Assembly: GCA_963749705.1 (NCBI GenBank)
Contig: CAVVNQ010000003.1
Coordinates: 480,001-544,000, forward strand
DNA length: 64,000 nt
Direction: 5' to 3'
Origin: an uncultured Chloroflexia bacterium
GTDB taxonomy: Bacteria > Chloroflexota > Limnocylindria > Limnocylindrales > CSP1-4
The notes beneath the pieces were generated by a model. The model was not told the origin of the DNA, searched no databases, and saw only the letters and a list, made by a program, of their open reading frames with translations. Below are positions 27,792 to 37,299 of the stretch, one piece after another; positions within the stretch are counted from its first letter, which is position 1; each line of letters starts with the position of its first letter. Made by a program: the position numbers and the translations under genes.

Positions 27792-28312
27792 CGGCGGTCT
27801 CCGACCTCGCGCGTGACCACGATGCCGTCCTCGTCCGCGTAGAGCTCGGCCCCGGGCACGAAGGTGGCGCCGCCGAAGGTGACCGGTACGTCGACGGCTC
27901 CCGCGCCGGCCTTGGCGCTCCGCCTGGGGTTCGAGCCGAGCGCCCTGATCCCGATCGGCAGCCGGGCCAGCTCGGCGGTGTCGCGGACGCAGCCGTTGAT
28001 GACCACGCCCGCCCACCCGTGATCGACCGCCGATCTCGCGATGTTGTCGCCCATCAGCGCCGTCCGGAACGACGCGCCGCCGTCGACGACCAGCACCTGG
28101 CCGGCTCCGGGCGTCGAGAGCATCGTGCGCAGCAGGACGTTGTCCTCGAGGCAGCGGACCGTGCGGACGCGGCCGTTGAACCGGGTCCTGCCACCGAAGC
28201 CGCGGAGCTGGACCTCGCAGGAGGCGAGCTCGTCGGCGCGCTCGTCCATCAGGTCGGCGGTCGACCAGCTCGTCTCGATCCCTCGGGCTGCCCCGGTGCC
28301 TGATTCAGGCAT
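27788..28312 (-). CDS. rraA: Ribonuclease E activity regulator RraA / HMG aldolase family
   Basis: STADLMD, EDNVL, VLVVDGG, ALMGD, GCVRD and YADEDGIV motifs. Confidence 0.9.
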   Translation of the reverse strand: MPESGTGAARGIETSWSTADLMDERADELASCEVQLRGFGGRTRFNGRVRTVRCLEDNVLLRTMLSTPGAGQVLVVDGGASFRTALMGDNIARSAVDHGWAGVVINGCVRDTAELARLPIGIRALGSNPRRSAKAGAGAVDVPVTFGGATFVPGAELYADEDGIVVTREVGDRR

Positions 28313-28509
28313 CGCTCAGCGCTGACCGGACGGCCGGGATGACGCGGCTCCCGTACGCCTCGAGCTGCGCTTCCTCGTCACCGCTCATGAGGTAGAGGCT
28401 GAACTGGCCGACGCCGGCCTGGTGCAGCTCCGTGAGCCGGCGGACGTGGCGTGAGCGCGACCATGCGCTCGACGCTGGTCGAAGGCTTGAGCGTGAACCC
28501 GAAGTCCAT
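28305..28509 (-). pseudogene. Internally deleted LLM-class F420-dependent oxidoreductase remnant (TIGR03842-like N- and C-termini joined out of frame)
   Basis: MDFGFTLKPSTSVERMVALT is followed, in another frame, by HVRRLTELHQAGVGQFSLYLMSGDEEAQLEAYGSRVIPAVRSALSDA*; TAGGCT -10 seven nt upstream. Confidence 0.75.
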
Positions 28510-28539
28510 GACCGGCAGCCTACACGCTGAACCCGCGGG

Positions 28540-29232
28540 CTACTGCGTGACGAGCCGCCCGATGAGCACGCCCGCGAGCGCCGCTGCGCCGGCGATCGCC
28601 ATCGTCTGGAGCGCCGTCCGCCAGACGGGCTCGTGACCGACGAGGCCGCGGGCGATGCCCAGCAGCGCCATCAACCCGCCGGTCACGACCAGTGACACCA
28701 GCCGCGCGGTCTCGATGTCGAACAGCGCGAACGGCACCACCGGCACGCTCGCGGCGACGAGGTCGGCGATGAACATCCAGACCGCGTGGGTCCAGGGCGA
28801 TGCGCCGACCCGCCGGGGCACGCCCAGCTCGAACGCGGCCACATAGTCGAGGAGCGCCTCGGGGTGGCGATTGAACGATGCCGCGGTCTCGCGGGCCTCG
28901 GCCTCGCTGAACCCCGTGGCACGGAGCTGCGCGGCGACGCGCTCGGCCGCCGGCGACGGGTTGGCGGCGATGCGGGTCCGCGCGCGGTCGACGAGGGCGG
29001 CGGCGCGACTGCGCTCGGAATGCACGTCGAGGTAGGTGCCGGCCATCATCGAGACCGCACCCGCGATCGCCCCTGTCGCGCCGGCGAGGAGGACGATCTG
29101 GCCGTCGTTCGTGCTCGCCGCGACGCCGAACACCAGGCCCGCGACGGAGACCGCGCCGTCCTCCATCCCGAACGCGACGTCACCGATCGAGGACAGCAGC
29201 GACGCGCGGACGCGTTGAAGGATGGAACGCAC
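28540..29232 (-). CDS. VIT1/CCC1 family transporter
   Basis: DVAFGMEDGAVS and AGAVSMMAGTYL motifs, C-terminal TM helices. Confidence 0.88.
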   Translation of the reverse strand: MRSILQRVRASLLSSIGDVAFGMEDGAVSVAGLVFGVAASTNDGQIVLLAGATGAIAGAVSMMAGTYLDVHSERSRAAALVDRARTRIAANPSPAAERVAAQLRATGFSEAEARETAASFNRHPEALLDYVAAFELGVPRRVGASPWTHAVWMFIADLVAASVPVVPFALFDIETARLVSLVVTGGLMALLGIARGLVGHEPVWRTALQTMAIAGAAALAGVLIGRLVTQ

Positions 29233-29289
29233 GAGCGAGATGGCCTCCCTGTTGGCTGACGGCCCAGTCTAGCGGGCCCGCCTCGAGCC

Positions 29290-30177
29290 TCAGCCGACGT
29301 CCAGCTCGATCCCTGCCGCGCGGCAATCGTCCGCGAACGCGGCCTGCGCGTCGGCGGTCGGATCCCAGCGGGTGGGGAAGCACACGATCCGATCCAGGCC
29401 GGTGTCGCGGTATTCACCGAGCGCATCGACCCGAGCCTGCCCGCCGTCGCGCATCTCCTCGTCGCTCGCATAGAGCGAGAACCGGAGGGTCGCGGGATCG
29501 CGGCCCTGGGCCTCGCACGTTGCCCGCACCTCATCGATCCGGACCCGGATCTCGGGCGCGTCCAGGAACACGAAGTTGAGCTCGTCGGCGAACCTCACGG
29601 CCAGCCCCGCGGTCGTGCGCCGGCCGTTGCCGCCCACGATCAGCGGGATGTGGGGCTGGATCCCCTTGGGCACGTTGATCGCCCCGGCCACCTGCGCGTG
29701 CTCGCCTGCGAACGTGGCCCGCCCGGGTGCGAGCATGCGGGTGATGATCTCGAGGTGGTCGGACAGCTGCGCCAGGCGTTCGGCGATGGGCGGGAAGCCG
29801 TACCCGTAGGCCAGCCACTCCTCCTCCTTCCAGCCGGCTCCGATCCCGAGCTCGAAGCGGCCTCCCGAGATGACATCGATCGTCGAGGTGAGCTTCGCCG
29901 TCAAGCCCGGGTTGCGGAACCCGGTGCACACCACCATGTGGCCCAGCCGCACGCGCCTCGTTGCCATCGCCAGCGCGGCCAGCGTCGTGAACGACTCGAA
30001 CGTGATCTCGTCGGTCGGATCGGGCACCGTGTGGAAGTGGTCGAACACCCACAGCGACTCGAACCCCAGCCCTTCGGCGTGCACCGCGAGCTCGAGGGTG
30101 CGGGCCCAGGCGGCCCCGGCGTCCCAGCCGTCATATTCGCCCTTCCAGCCCTGGGGCGCCATCAGCCCGACCTTCAT
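29290..30177 (-). CDS. LLM class flavin (probably F420)-dependent oxidoreductase
   Basis: GFESLWVFDHFH, RLGHMVVC, ISGGRFELGIGAGW and IVGGNG motifs; GGGAGAGG RBS. Confidence 0.9.
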   Translation of the reverse strand: MKVGLMAPQGWKGEYDGWDAGAAWARTLELAVHAEGLGFESLWVFDHFHTVPDPTDEITFESFTTLAALAMATRRVRLGHMVVCTGFRNPGLTAKLTSTIDVISGGRFELGIGAGWKEEEWLAYGYGFPPIAERLAQLSDHLEIITRMLAPGRATFAGEHAQVAGAINVPKGIQPHIPLIVGGNGRRTTAGLAVRFADELNFVFLDAPEIRVRIDEVRATCEAQGRDPATLRFSLYASDEEMRDGGQARVDALGEYRDTGLDRIVCFPTRWDPTADAQAAFADDCRAAGIELDVG

Positions 30178-30317
30178 CGCCTCTCCCGGTTCCTGCGCCT
30201 CGATGGATCACCCACGAAGGTACCCCCGACCTGCGATGTTGCGCCGCCGACCGGTTCTGCCGGTCCCTCCCGCGCGAGCACGCGCCATGGTCCGGAGCGC
30301 GGGGGTACAGTCGGACG

Positions 30318-31508
30318 GTGCCCCCGGTAGACGCGCGCCGCGCCCTCATCCTCATCTGCGCCTTCGCGGTCGCGGTGTCGACGAGCTACACCAACCACGG
30401 CCCCGTTCTGGGGCTGATCAGCGGCGAGTTCGCGCTCGACGCGGCGAGCGCGGGTGCGATCGCGACGTCCTTCTTCCTCGGTGCGGCGACGCTGATGCTG
30501 TTCGGGGGCGCCGTCGCGGATCGCTTTGGATCGCGTCCGGCGGTGACCGCCGGGTTCCTCGTCGCGTGCCTTGCCACGCTCGGCTGCGGGCTGCTGTCAC
30601 CCGGCTACGGCGACCTGCTGGTGTGGCGCTTCGTGGGCGGCCTCGGTGGCGGCTTTGCCTTTGCCGCCGGCGCCGCCTACACCCGGGGCGTGTTCGCCGG
30701 CCGGGGCCAGCACCTCGCCCAGGGCCTGTACGGCGCCTCGTTCCTCGCGGGATCGGCGAGCACGCTCATCTACATGCCCATCCTGGCCGGCGGGGACGGC
30801 GACTGGCGACGTGCCTACCTCGTCTCCGGGCTGGCCGTGCTCGGGTTGTGGATCGCCTGGTGGCGCCTCGCGCCCGCCGGACCGCGCCCGGTCGGGTCGC
30901 CGGGCGGTCTCGGCCTCGGCGCGGCCGTCCGGGCCCGAAACGCGTGGCTGCTCGCGATCTGCCACATGTGCGGGTTCGGCCTGGCCATGGTCCTCGGAAC
31001 CTGGGTGGTCACGTACGTGACGAGCGCGTTCGGCCTGTCCCTCGTCGTCGGCGGCGCGCTGGGCTCGCTGGTCCTCGTCACCGGGATCGCCGCGCGATCG
31101 GGTGGTGGCCTGATCCTCGAGCGCGGCCTGCCGCCGGTCCACCTGATCCGGATCGGGCTCGCGCTCGCCGCGGGCGGGCTGGCCACGATGGCCCTCGCCG
31201 GCGACCTTGCGCTCGCGATCGTGGGGCTGCTCGCGACCGGGATCGGTGTCGGCCTGCCCTATGCGGCCGTGTTCAACGGCGCCGCCGCGAGCGTGCCGTC
31301 GAGCCCGGCATCGGCCCAGGGGTTCGTTGGCTGGGGCGGCGTGATGACCGCGGTCGTCGGGCCGCCGCTGGTGGGCCGGCTGCTCGACCTCACCGGCGGG
31401 TTCTCGAGCGGGTTCCTGGTGATCGCGGCATTCGCCGCCCTCGTCCTGGTCTCGACGCTCGCGCTCCAGCCGTTCTCGTTCGCGGCCGACGCCACGGCGG
31501 CATCGTGA
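30318..31508 (+). CDS. MFS transporter
   Basis: About 12 TM segments, GAVADRFGSR motif A; TACAGT -10 six nt upstream. Confidence 0.88.
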   Translation: MPPVDARRALILICAFAVAVSTSYTNHGPVLGLISGEFALDAASAGAIATSFFLGAATLMLFGGAVADRFGSRPAVTAGFLVACLATLGCGLLSPGYGDLLVWRFVGGLGGGFAFAAGAAYTRGVFAGRGQHLAQGLYGASFLAGSASTLIYMPILAGGDGDWRRAYLVSGLAVLGLWIAWWRLAPAGPRPVGSPGGLGLGAAVRARNAWLLAICHMCGFGLAMVLGTWVVTYVTSAFGLSLVVGGALGSLVLVTGIAARSGGGLILERGLPPVHLIRIGLALAAGGLATMALAGDLALAIVGLLATGIGVGLPYAAVFNGAAASVPSSPASAQGFVGWGGVMTAVVGPPLVGRLLDLTGGFSSGFLVIAAFAALVLVSTLALQPFSFAADATAAS

Positions 31509-31700
31509 TGACCGCCCATCCCGGTTGGCCCGCCCGGCTCGCGACGGGACCCGTCGTGCTGCGCGCGCCGCGATCGGGCGACGGAGCGGCCTGGAGCGAG
31601 ATCCGGCTGCCGAACGAAACCTGGCTGCGGCGGTGGCAGCCGACGACCGACGAGCCGTGGACGAAGCAGAGCGCGCCGGACATGTGGCCCCCGTTGCGCG
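31508..31700 (+). pseudogene. N-terminal fragment of a RimJ/RimL-type GNAT acetyltransferase (end approximate)
   Basis: MTAHPGWPARLATGPVVLRAPRSGDGAAWSEIRLPNETWLRRWQP resembles RimJ N-termini; similarity ends after about 60 codons and the frame runs into the convergent MFS gene. Confidence 0.6.
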
Positions 31701-31783
31701 GCTCGGCTGACGAGGCCGTCGATCGCCGGACGCCAGCCGGGCTGAACGCGCCGTCGCCATTCGCCGGGGCCTGCGGGCGCCCG

Positions 31784-33208
31784 TCAGGCTGGATCCGGCT
31801 GCCCGGACCCGCGCACCAGGCTGGCGACGATCCCGATCCCGCACACGCCGGCTGCAACCACGAACGCGTCGTGGATCGCCCCGCCGAGCGCCGCCCGCTG
31901 GAGGGCGCCCCCGGATGCGCTCCCCGCCATGTCCGCCAGGTGGACGGGCAGCCGCGTCGCGACGATCGCGGCGCTCAGCGCGATCCCAAGGGCCTGGCCC
32001 GTCACCCGCATCTGGGCCAGCGTCCCTGAGGCCGTCCCGATCCGGCGCCGCGGGACCGACCCCAGGACGGCGCTGCTGTTGGGGCTCATGAACAGGCCCT
32101 GTCCCACACCCAGGACGACCAGCCTCCAGACCAGGTCCGGGATCGCGAAGTCGGCCGGCAGCTGGGTGAGGCTGAGCAGCCCCAGGGCCATGACGGCCAT
32201 GCCGGTGCTGGCGAGCACGCGCGGGCCAAACCGGTCGGATGCCGCGCCGCTGAACGGGGCAACGATGGCCATCGAGATCGGGACGGGGGTCAGCAGCAGG
32301 CCGGTCTCGATGGGCGAGAACCCCGACCCCTGCTGGAGCAGGAACGGCAGCAGGAATGTCGCGGTGAACAGGCCGGCGAACGCCACGACCACGCTCGCCA
32401 GGCCGGCCGCGAACGGGCGGATGCGGAACAGCGCGAGATCGATCATCGGCTGGAAGGAGGACCGCTCGACCACGATGAACGCGATGCCCATCACCAGGAA
32501 CGCGGCAAGCAGCGCCATCGACGCGGGGCTGGTCCAGCCCCACGACTGGCCTTCGCTCAGCGCGAGCAGCAGGGCGAACAGCGAGGTCCCGGACAGCGCG
32601 GCCCCGCGCACGTCGAACGCCTGGCCTCGACCCGGGTTCTCGGCGGGCAGCACGCGAGCGGCCCAGGCGATCGCCAGCAGCCCGATCGGCGCGTTGATCA
32701 GGAAGATCGCGCGCCACGTGGCCAGCTGGGTGAGCAGGCCGCCCAGCGCGGGCCCGAGGCTGAGCCCGATCGACACGCTCACGCCGTTGAGCCCGAGAGC
32801 CCGCCCGCGCTCGCTCGCCGGGAAGGTCCGCGCCACGATCGCGGGACCCATGGCCATGATCATCGCGGCACCGGCGGCCTGGATGACCCGGAACGCGATC
32901 AGCGCCAGCTCGTTGGGCGCGGCGCCGCAGCACAGGCTCGCGACCGTGAACACGCCGAACCCGGCGAGGTAGACCCGCTTGAAGGTGAGCACCTCGCCCA
33001 GCCGGCCGACCGGCAGCAGCAGCGACCCGACGACCAGCAGGTAGGCCACGACCACCCATTCGACGGTCGTCAGGTCGATCCCGAAGTCAGCCTGGATCCG
33101 GGGCAGGGCGACGTTGACGATGCTGCCGTCGAGGGTCGCCATCAGCGAGCCCAGCGAGACGGTCGAGAGGATGAGCCACTTGCGATCGAGGGATTGCCCT
33201 GTTGCCAC
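31784..33208 (-). CDS. DHA2 (EmrB/QacA-type) MFS efflux transporter
   Basis: LDGSIVNVALPRI, WVVVAYLL, GRLGE, WRAIFLINAPIG and SDRFGPR motifs; about 14 TM segments. Confidence 0.92.
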   Translation of the reverse strand: MATGQSLDRKWLILSTVSLGSLMATLDGSIVNVALPRIQADFGIDLTTVEWVVVAYLLVVGSLLLPVGRLGEVLTFKRVYLAGFGVFTVASLCCGAAPNELALIAFRVIQAAGAAMIMAMGPAIVARTFPASERGRALGLNGVSVSIGLSLGPALGGLLTQLATWRAIFLINAPIGLLAIAWAARVLPAENPGRGQAFDVRGAALSGTSLFALLLALSEGQSWGWTSPASMALLAAFLVMGIAFIVVERSSFQPMIDLALFRIRPFAAGLASVVVAFAGLFTATFLLPFLLQQGSGFSPIETGLLLTPVPISMAIVAPFSGAASDRFGPRVLASTGMAVMALGLLSLTQLPADFAIPDLVWRLVVLGVGQGLFMSPNSSAVLGSVPRRRIGTASGTLAQMRVTGQALGIALSAAIVATRLPVHLADMAGSASGGALQRAALGGAIHDAFVVAAGVCGIGIVASLVRGSGQPDPA

Positions 33209-33533
33209 GAAGTCTCCAGCCCGAGCCGAAGGGCGCCGCTCCCGGCGCATGCTGCTCGGCCAGGAGCCCCTTCACAGCGCTCCGCAAACGCTGGGGGCGC
33301 GGACGGTCCGGGATGGATCGACCTTCATGCAGCGTACCTCGCGACTCCGGACGCTGCCGCCCGGCCACCCGCGCCCCGGCCCAACCCTGCTCGCGCCGGC
33401 GATCGCCCGGCGGGCTCGCCATGCCTGATCGGGCAGCGAATCTGCCCGACCTGCCGCTCGCCTTCCTCTCGCCGAGGGCGCGTCAACGCCCGATGATCCC
33501 GGCCGATGGACGCTTGGGATCGGCCGCACGCAA

Positions 33534-35828
33534 GTGGCTGAGCGCGTCGGGTCCGAGCGCCGTCGCGCAGAGCCCGGGCGCGATCAGCGTCGAGCTCCCG
33601 CGGGCCCGGCGAGCGCGGGTCCGACCGTGGCGGGTGCGACCGTGGGTCCGCCCGCGGCGGGAGCGTCCGCGGCCACGCCGGTGCCGATCGCCGAGCTGGC
33701 GCGCGCGGCCACCGGATCGGGACACCCGCGAGCGCCACGCGGCACGCTTCCGGAGATCTCGGCGGGAACCGTGATGGCGCTGCAGCGTGCGGCGGGCAAC
33801 CGGGCGGTGTCCGCGGTCCTGGAGCGTCCGCCCCGGGCTCCCGAACGCGCGAAAGCGCACATCCAGCGCGCTCCTGCCGCCCCGGGCCGGCCGGCAGCCG
33901 GGGGACGAGGACCGGCGCCGGGCGGACACAAGCCGGCCGATGGCTACGACGACTATGTCGACCTGATCAATGGGTTCCAGGATCTGGCCATTGCCGCGAT
34001 CAACCGAGGGGGTCGGGGCCTCGATTCGGCTCGTTTCGGCGGTGATCTCAGCGGGTCGCACCGACGGCTCCTCGAGCGGGTGCGCAAGGTCCTGATCCTC
34101 GCGCAGGAGCCATCGCCCGACTCGAAGCGGACCGCGGTCTCGGAGTGGCCCGCCCTCGAGCGCAAGCTGCAACAGGCGCTCGCGCATGCGCGCAAGCTGG
34201 GGATCCCGGGCACCCAGCTCGACGCCGTCGCGGACAACCTGGCGCTCGTCACGGAGAAGGCGGTGCACCTGCGGCGGCGAGGTCCGTCCGAGGTCGAGAG
34301 CCCGCGCGGCTACGTTGACCTGTTCAATGGCATCCAGAGCCTGCTCGCCGTGCTCCAGCAGGAGAACGTCGACAAGACCGACGCGGTCGTGCCGCTGAAC
34401 CTGTACGAGACGAACAAGGCGCAGCGGGCGGCGCTCGCATCCGTCCAGTTCGGCGGCCACCTCACGCGGCGGCACCGGCATCTGCTGGAGGGGCTCCGAA
34501 CGGCGTTCATCGACGCCCGGACCGACGCACCGGGCTACCCGAAGAAGGCGCTCGCGGAATGGCAGGCGATCCAGGGCCAGCTGCGCCACGTGTTCAGCCG
34601 GGCGCCGAGGTTCGTGGATGGAGCCGAGCCGCTCCAGGCTGAGCTTGCCCGCGTGGGACGGCAGCTGATCCACGGCGGCGTGTACGCCGAGGCGCACAAC
34701 GAGGCGCTGAAGGGCACCGGCCTCGCCTCGCCCGATCGCCCGTTCGAGATCGAGCGGTTCCGCGAGGCCGCCGAGGAGATGGAGCAGGCGCACAAGCTCG
34801 CCGAGAAGGCGTTCGAGATGACCGGGGAGAAGGTCCTCGACGAAGCGCTCGAGCGGGCGGAGTTCAAGGACCTGGCCGGACCGATCCTGGAGCTCGCAAA
34901 GACGCCGGGGGAGATCGCCGAGAAGCTGGAGGAGTACAAGAAGCGAGGCGTCGTCGGCAAGTCCGTGACGGTCCTCGACATGGCCAACAAGACGCTCGCG
35001 TTCCGCAACGCGCTGATGAAGGTGTCGTTCGCGGTCACAAAGCGCTTCGCCGAGCGGTCCGTCCAGCTGGCGATTCGGTCAGGCGACTTCGAGGCCGTCG
35101 CGCGCTGGGGCAAGGTCAAGAACTGGGCCGTCGAGCATCTGGAGATGCTGGAGAAGGTCGAGAAGGTCGCCAAGGTGATCGCGATCGTGGTCAGCGCCAT
35201 CAAGGTCATCGACTACATCGCCCAGGGCAAGTGGGCCGAGGCGCTCGAGGAGGCAGCGGAGACGACGGCCAGCCTCGCGGCGGCTGCGGCGGGCGGTCTC
35301 GGCGGCACGGCGATGGTCAGCGGCATCGCCGTGGTCCTCGCAGCGGAGGCCGAGGCGATCCACGGGGCCGCCGCCATGATCCGGTACTGCAAGAAGGCAA
35401 GCGTCCGCGAGGCGGCCTGGACGTTCATCGACGTGCTTGTCGAGGCGGCGAAGAACGAGGCGCGCGACTTCGTCGCCGACGTCAAGCTGCTCGAGGATCC
35501 CGCCAATGCGGGCGAGAAGCAGCTGATCGAGCAGCGGATCGATTCCTACGTCCCGTACTGGCTGAGGCATGTCGGCGACCTCAGCGAGCAGCTCGCCGAC
35601 ACGCGCGTGATCCGGGTCGGGGGCCAGGATGGGCTCAGGGGAGCGCTGGGTCCGGAAGCCCAGATCATCCTCAACGAGCCGGCCATCTTCGCGGGAAGCA
35701 ACTGGCAGCAGATGGCACACCAGATCAAGGTGCTGTTCGCGGGCGCCAACTCGATGGCCCGGTATGTGGTCAGGAGCTATCCGCGCAGCGACCGCCCGGA
35801 GAAGAAGGAGGCCGGCGGCGAGGAGTAG
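33534..35828 (+). CDS. Large hypothetical protein: N-terminal LQRAAGNRAV motif, tandem duplicated helical domain, Lys/Glu-rich coiled coil, C-terminal hydrophobic hairpin (candidate secreted effector)
   Basis: 764-aa ORF with GC3-biased codons; VMALQRAAGNRAVSAVL at 33771-33821; internal repeats starting at 33954 and 34311. Confidence 0.8.
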   Translation: MAERVGSERRRAEPGRDQRRAPAGPASAGPTVAGATVGPPAAGASAATPVPIAELARAATGSGHPRAPRGTLPEISAGTVMALQRAAGNRAVSAVLERPPRAPERAKAHIQRAPAAPGRPAAGGRGPAPGGHKPADGYDDYVDLINGFQDLAIAAINRGGRGLDSARFGGDLSGSHRRLLERVRKVLILAQEPSPDSKRTAVSEWPALERKLQQALAHARKLGIPGTQLDAVADNLALVTEKAVHLRRRGPSEVESPRGYVDLFNGIQSLLAVLQQENVDKTDAVVPLNLYETNKAQRAALASVQFGGHLTRRHRHLLEGLRTAFIDARTDAPGYPKKALAEWQAIQGQLRHVFSRAPRFVDGAEPLQAELARVGRQLIHGGVYAEAHNEALKGTGLASPDRPFEIERFREAAEEMEQAHKLAEKAFEMTGEKVLDEALERAEFKDLAGPILELAKTPGEIAEKLEEYKKRGVVGKSVTVLDMANKTLAFRNALMKVSFAVTKRFAERSVQLAIRSGDFEAVARWGKVKNWAVEHLEMLEKVEKVAKVIAIVVSAIKVIDYIAQGKWAEALEEAAETTASLAAAAAGGLGGTAMVSGIAVVLAAEAEAIHGAAAMIRYCKKASVREAAWTFIDVLVEAAKNEARDFVADVKLLEDPANAGEKQLIEQRIDSYVPYWLRHVGDLSEQLADTRVIRVGGQDGLRGALGPEAQIILNEPAIFAGSNWQQMAHQIKVLFAGANSMARYVVRSYPRSDRPEKKEAGGEE

Positions 35829-35994
35829 CCCAGCCGGTCGCCTGGGACGCGACGTCGTTCCGGCTCGTCGCACGCGGCGCCCGTAGAATGGTCACGGGTC
35901 GCGTCCCCGACCCGGCCGGACCGCGCCCCGTCGCGGTCGCGAACGAGTCCCGCCGTCGCCGGCTGCGGCGGATGCGTACGAAGGGGTCACCTCG

Positions 35995-36324
35995 ATGATC
36001 GATCCGGAGCTCCAGGCGGAGCGCGATGGGCTGAACCGCTATCCGGTCCCGTTCCTCCAGAACCTGATCGACAACGGCGAGGGCTGGCAGTCGGAAGGCG
36101 CTCTGAGCAAGGCGGTCGTGGATGCGCTCGAGGACGGCACGTGCGTGCTCGGTCCGGTTGCCCATCGTGACTACCAGGGTCACGTCGTCCCCGCCCGCGG
36201 GGACGTCGAGGCCGGTGCCAAGGGCACGCTCGCCTACGCCAACCGGCGCCGCGCCGAGCGCGGAGACCCGCTGCTCGTCGAAGGCGCCGACGGAAGGGTC
36301 ACCGAGGCGGCCGACACCGCCTGA
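35995..36324 (+). CDS. Small hypothetical protein
   Basis: 109-aa ORF with normal codon bias, AAGGGG RBS, TAGAAT -10-like box at about 35884. Confidence 0.7.
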   Translation: MIDPELQAERDGLNRYPVPFLQNLIDNGEGWQSEGALSKAVVDALEDGTCVLGPVAHRDYQGHVVPARGDVEAGAKGTLAYANRRRAERGDPLLVEGADGRVTEAADTA

Positions 36325-36373
36325 TCGTCCCCGGCCGACGCCCCGGGCCGGCCGGGCGATGCCCGGCCCTGCG

Positions 36374-37299
36374 TCAGGCGTCGCGGTCGATCACGCCACC
36401 GAGCTCGTCGCGCAGTGCCGCATACGACTCGAGGCTCAGGTCCTTCGGATCCGTCGCCCGGAGCTGGACGCACACGTGGTCCGCGCCCGCATCGAGGTGC
36501 TCGCGCACCCGCGCGGCGATCGCTGCGGCAGCTCCCTGGGGGACGACGGCGTCGAGCAGGCGGTCGCTGCCGCCGGCGGCCAGGTCGTCATCGCCCCACC
36601 CGAGCCGGCGCAGGTTGTTGGCGTAGTTCTCGAGCCCGAGGTAGCGGCCGGCGAAGGCGCGCGCCACGGTCCGGGCCCGGGCGGAATCGGTGTCGATCAC
36701 GGCGGCCATCTCCACCGCCAGCACGGGTCCGCTCCCAGCCGCTCGCGCGCCATCCGCGTGTGCTCGACCGGCACGAAGTACGGGTGTGCGCCGTCCGCAC
36801 GCTCGGCGGCCAGCTCGAGCATGCGCGGTCCGAGGGCAGCCAACACGACCGGCGGCGGCTCCGCGAGCGGGGGCCCGTTGTAGTCCGACGCCTCCATCGC
36901 ATCCAGGTACGCGGTCATCGTCTGGACCGGCCGGCCGTAGGTTCCGCCGCGCTGGGCGACCGAGGGCGCGTGGCTGACGCCGATCCCGAGCACGAATCGG
37001 CCCGGGTAGGCGTCGCACAGCGTCCGGGCGGCGTTGATCATGGCCGTTGGATCGCGCGCATAGATGTTGGCGATCCCGGTCCCGACCGTGATCCGCGGGC
37101 TGCCGGCCAGGAGAACGGACGCATGCGAGATCGCCTCCCGGCTGCCGAGGCTCTCGGGGAACCAGGCGGCCGAGTAGCCCAGACGCTCGTAGCTCGAGAC
37201 ACCGGCCTGGGCGTTGGCGACGGTCAGCGTCTGGAGCGCGAAGCTCCAGATCCCGACCCGGCCGAGCGTGGCTCGGAGGGCGTCGTGGCGTGCGGTCAT
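36374..37299 (-). CDS. LLM class F420-dependent oxidoreductase (TIGR03620-like); apparent frameshift near 36730
   Basis: LGRVGIW, TGIANIYARD, GRFVLGIGVSH and AALGPRML in one frame; PVLAVE...NYANNLRRLG...GADHVCVQ in another. Confidence 0.85.
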
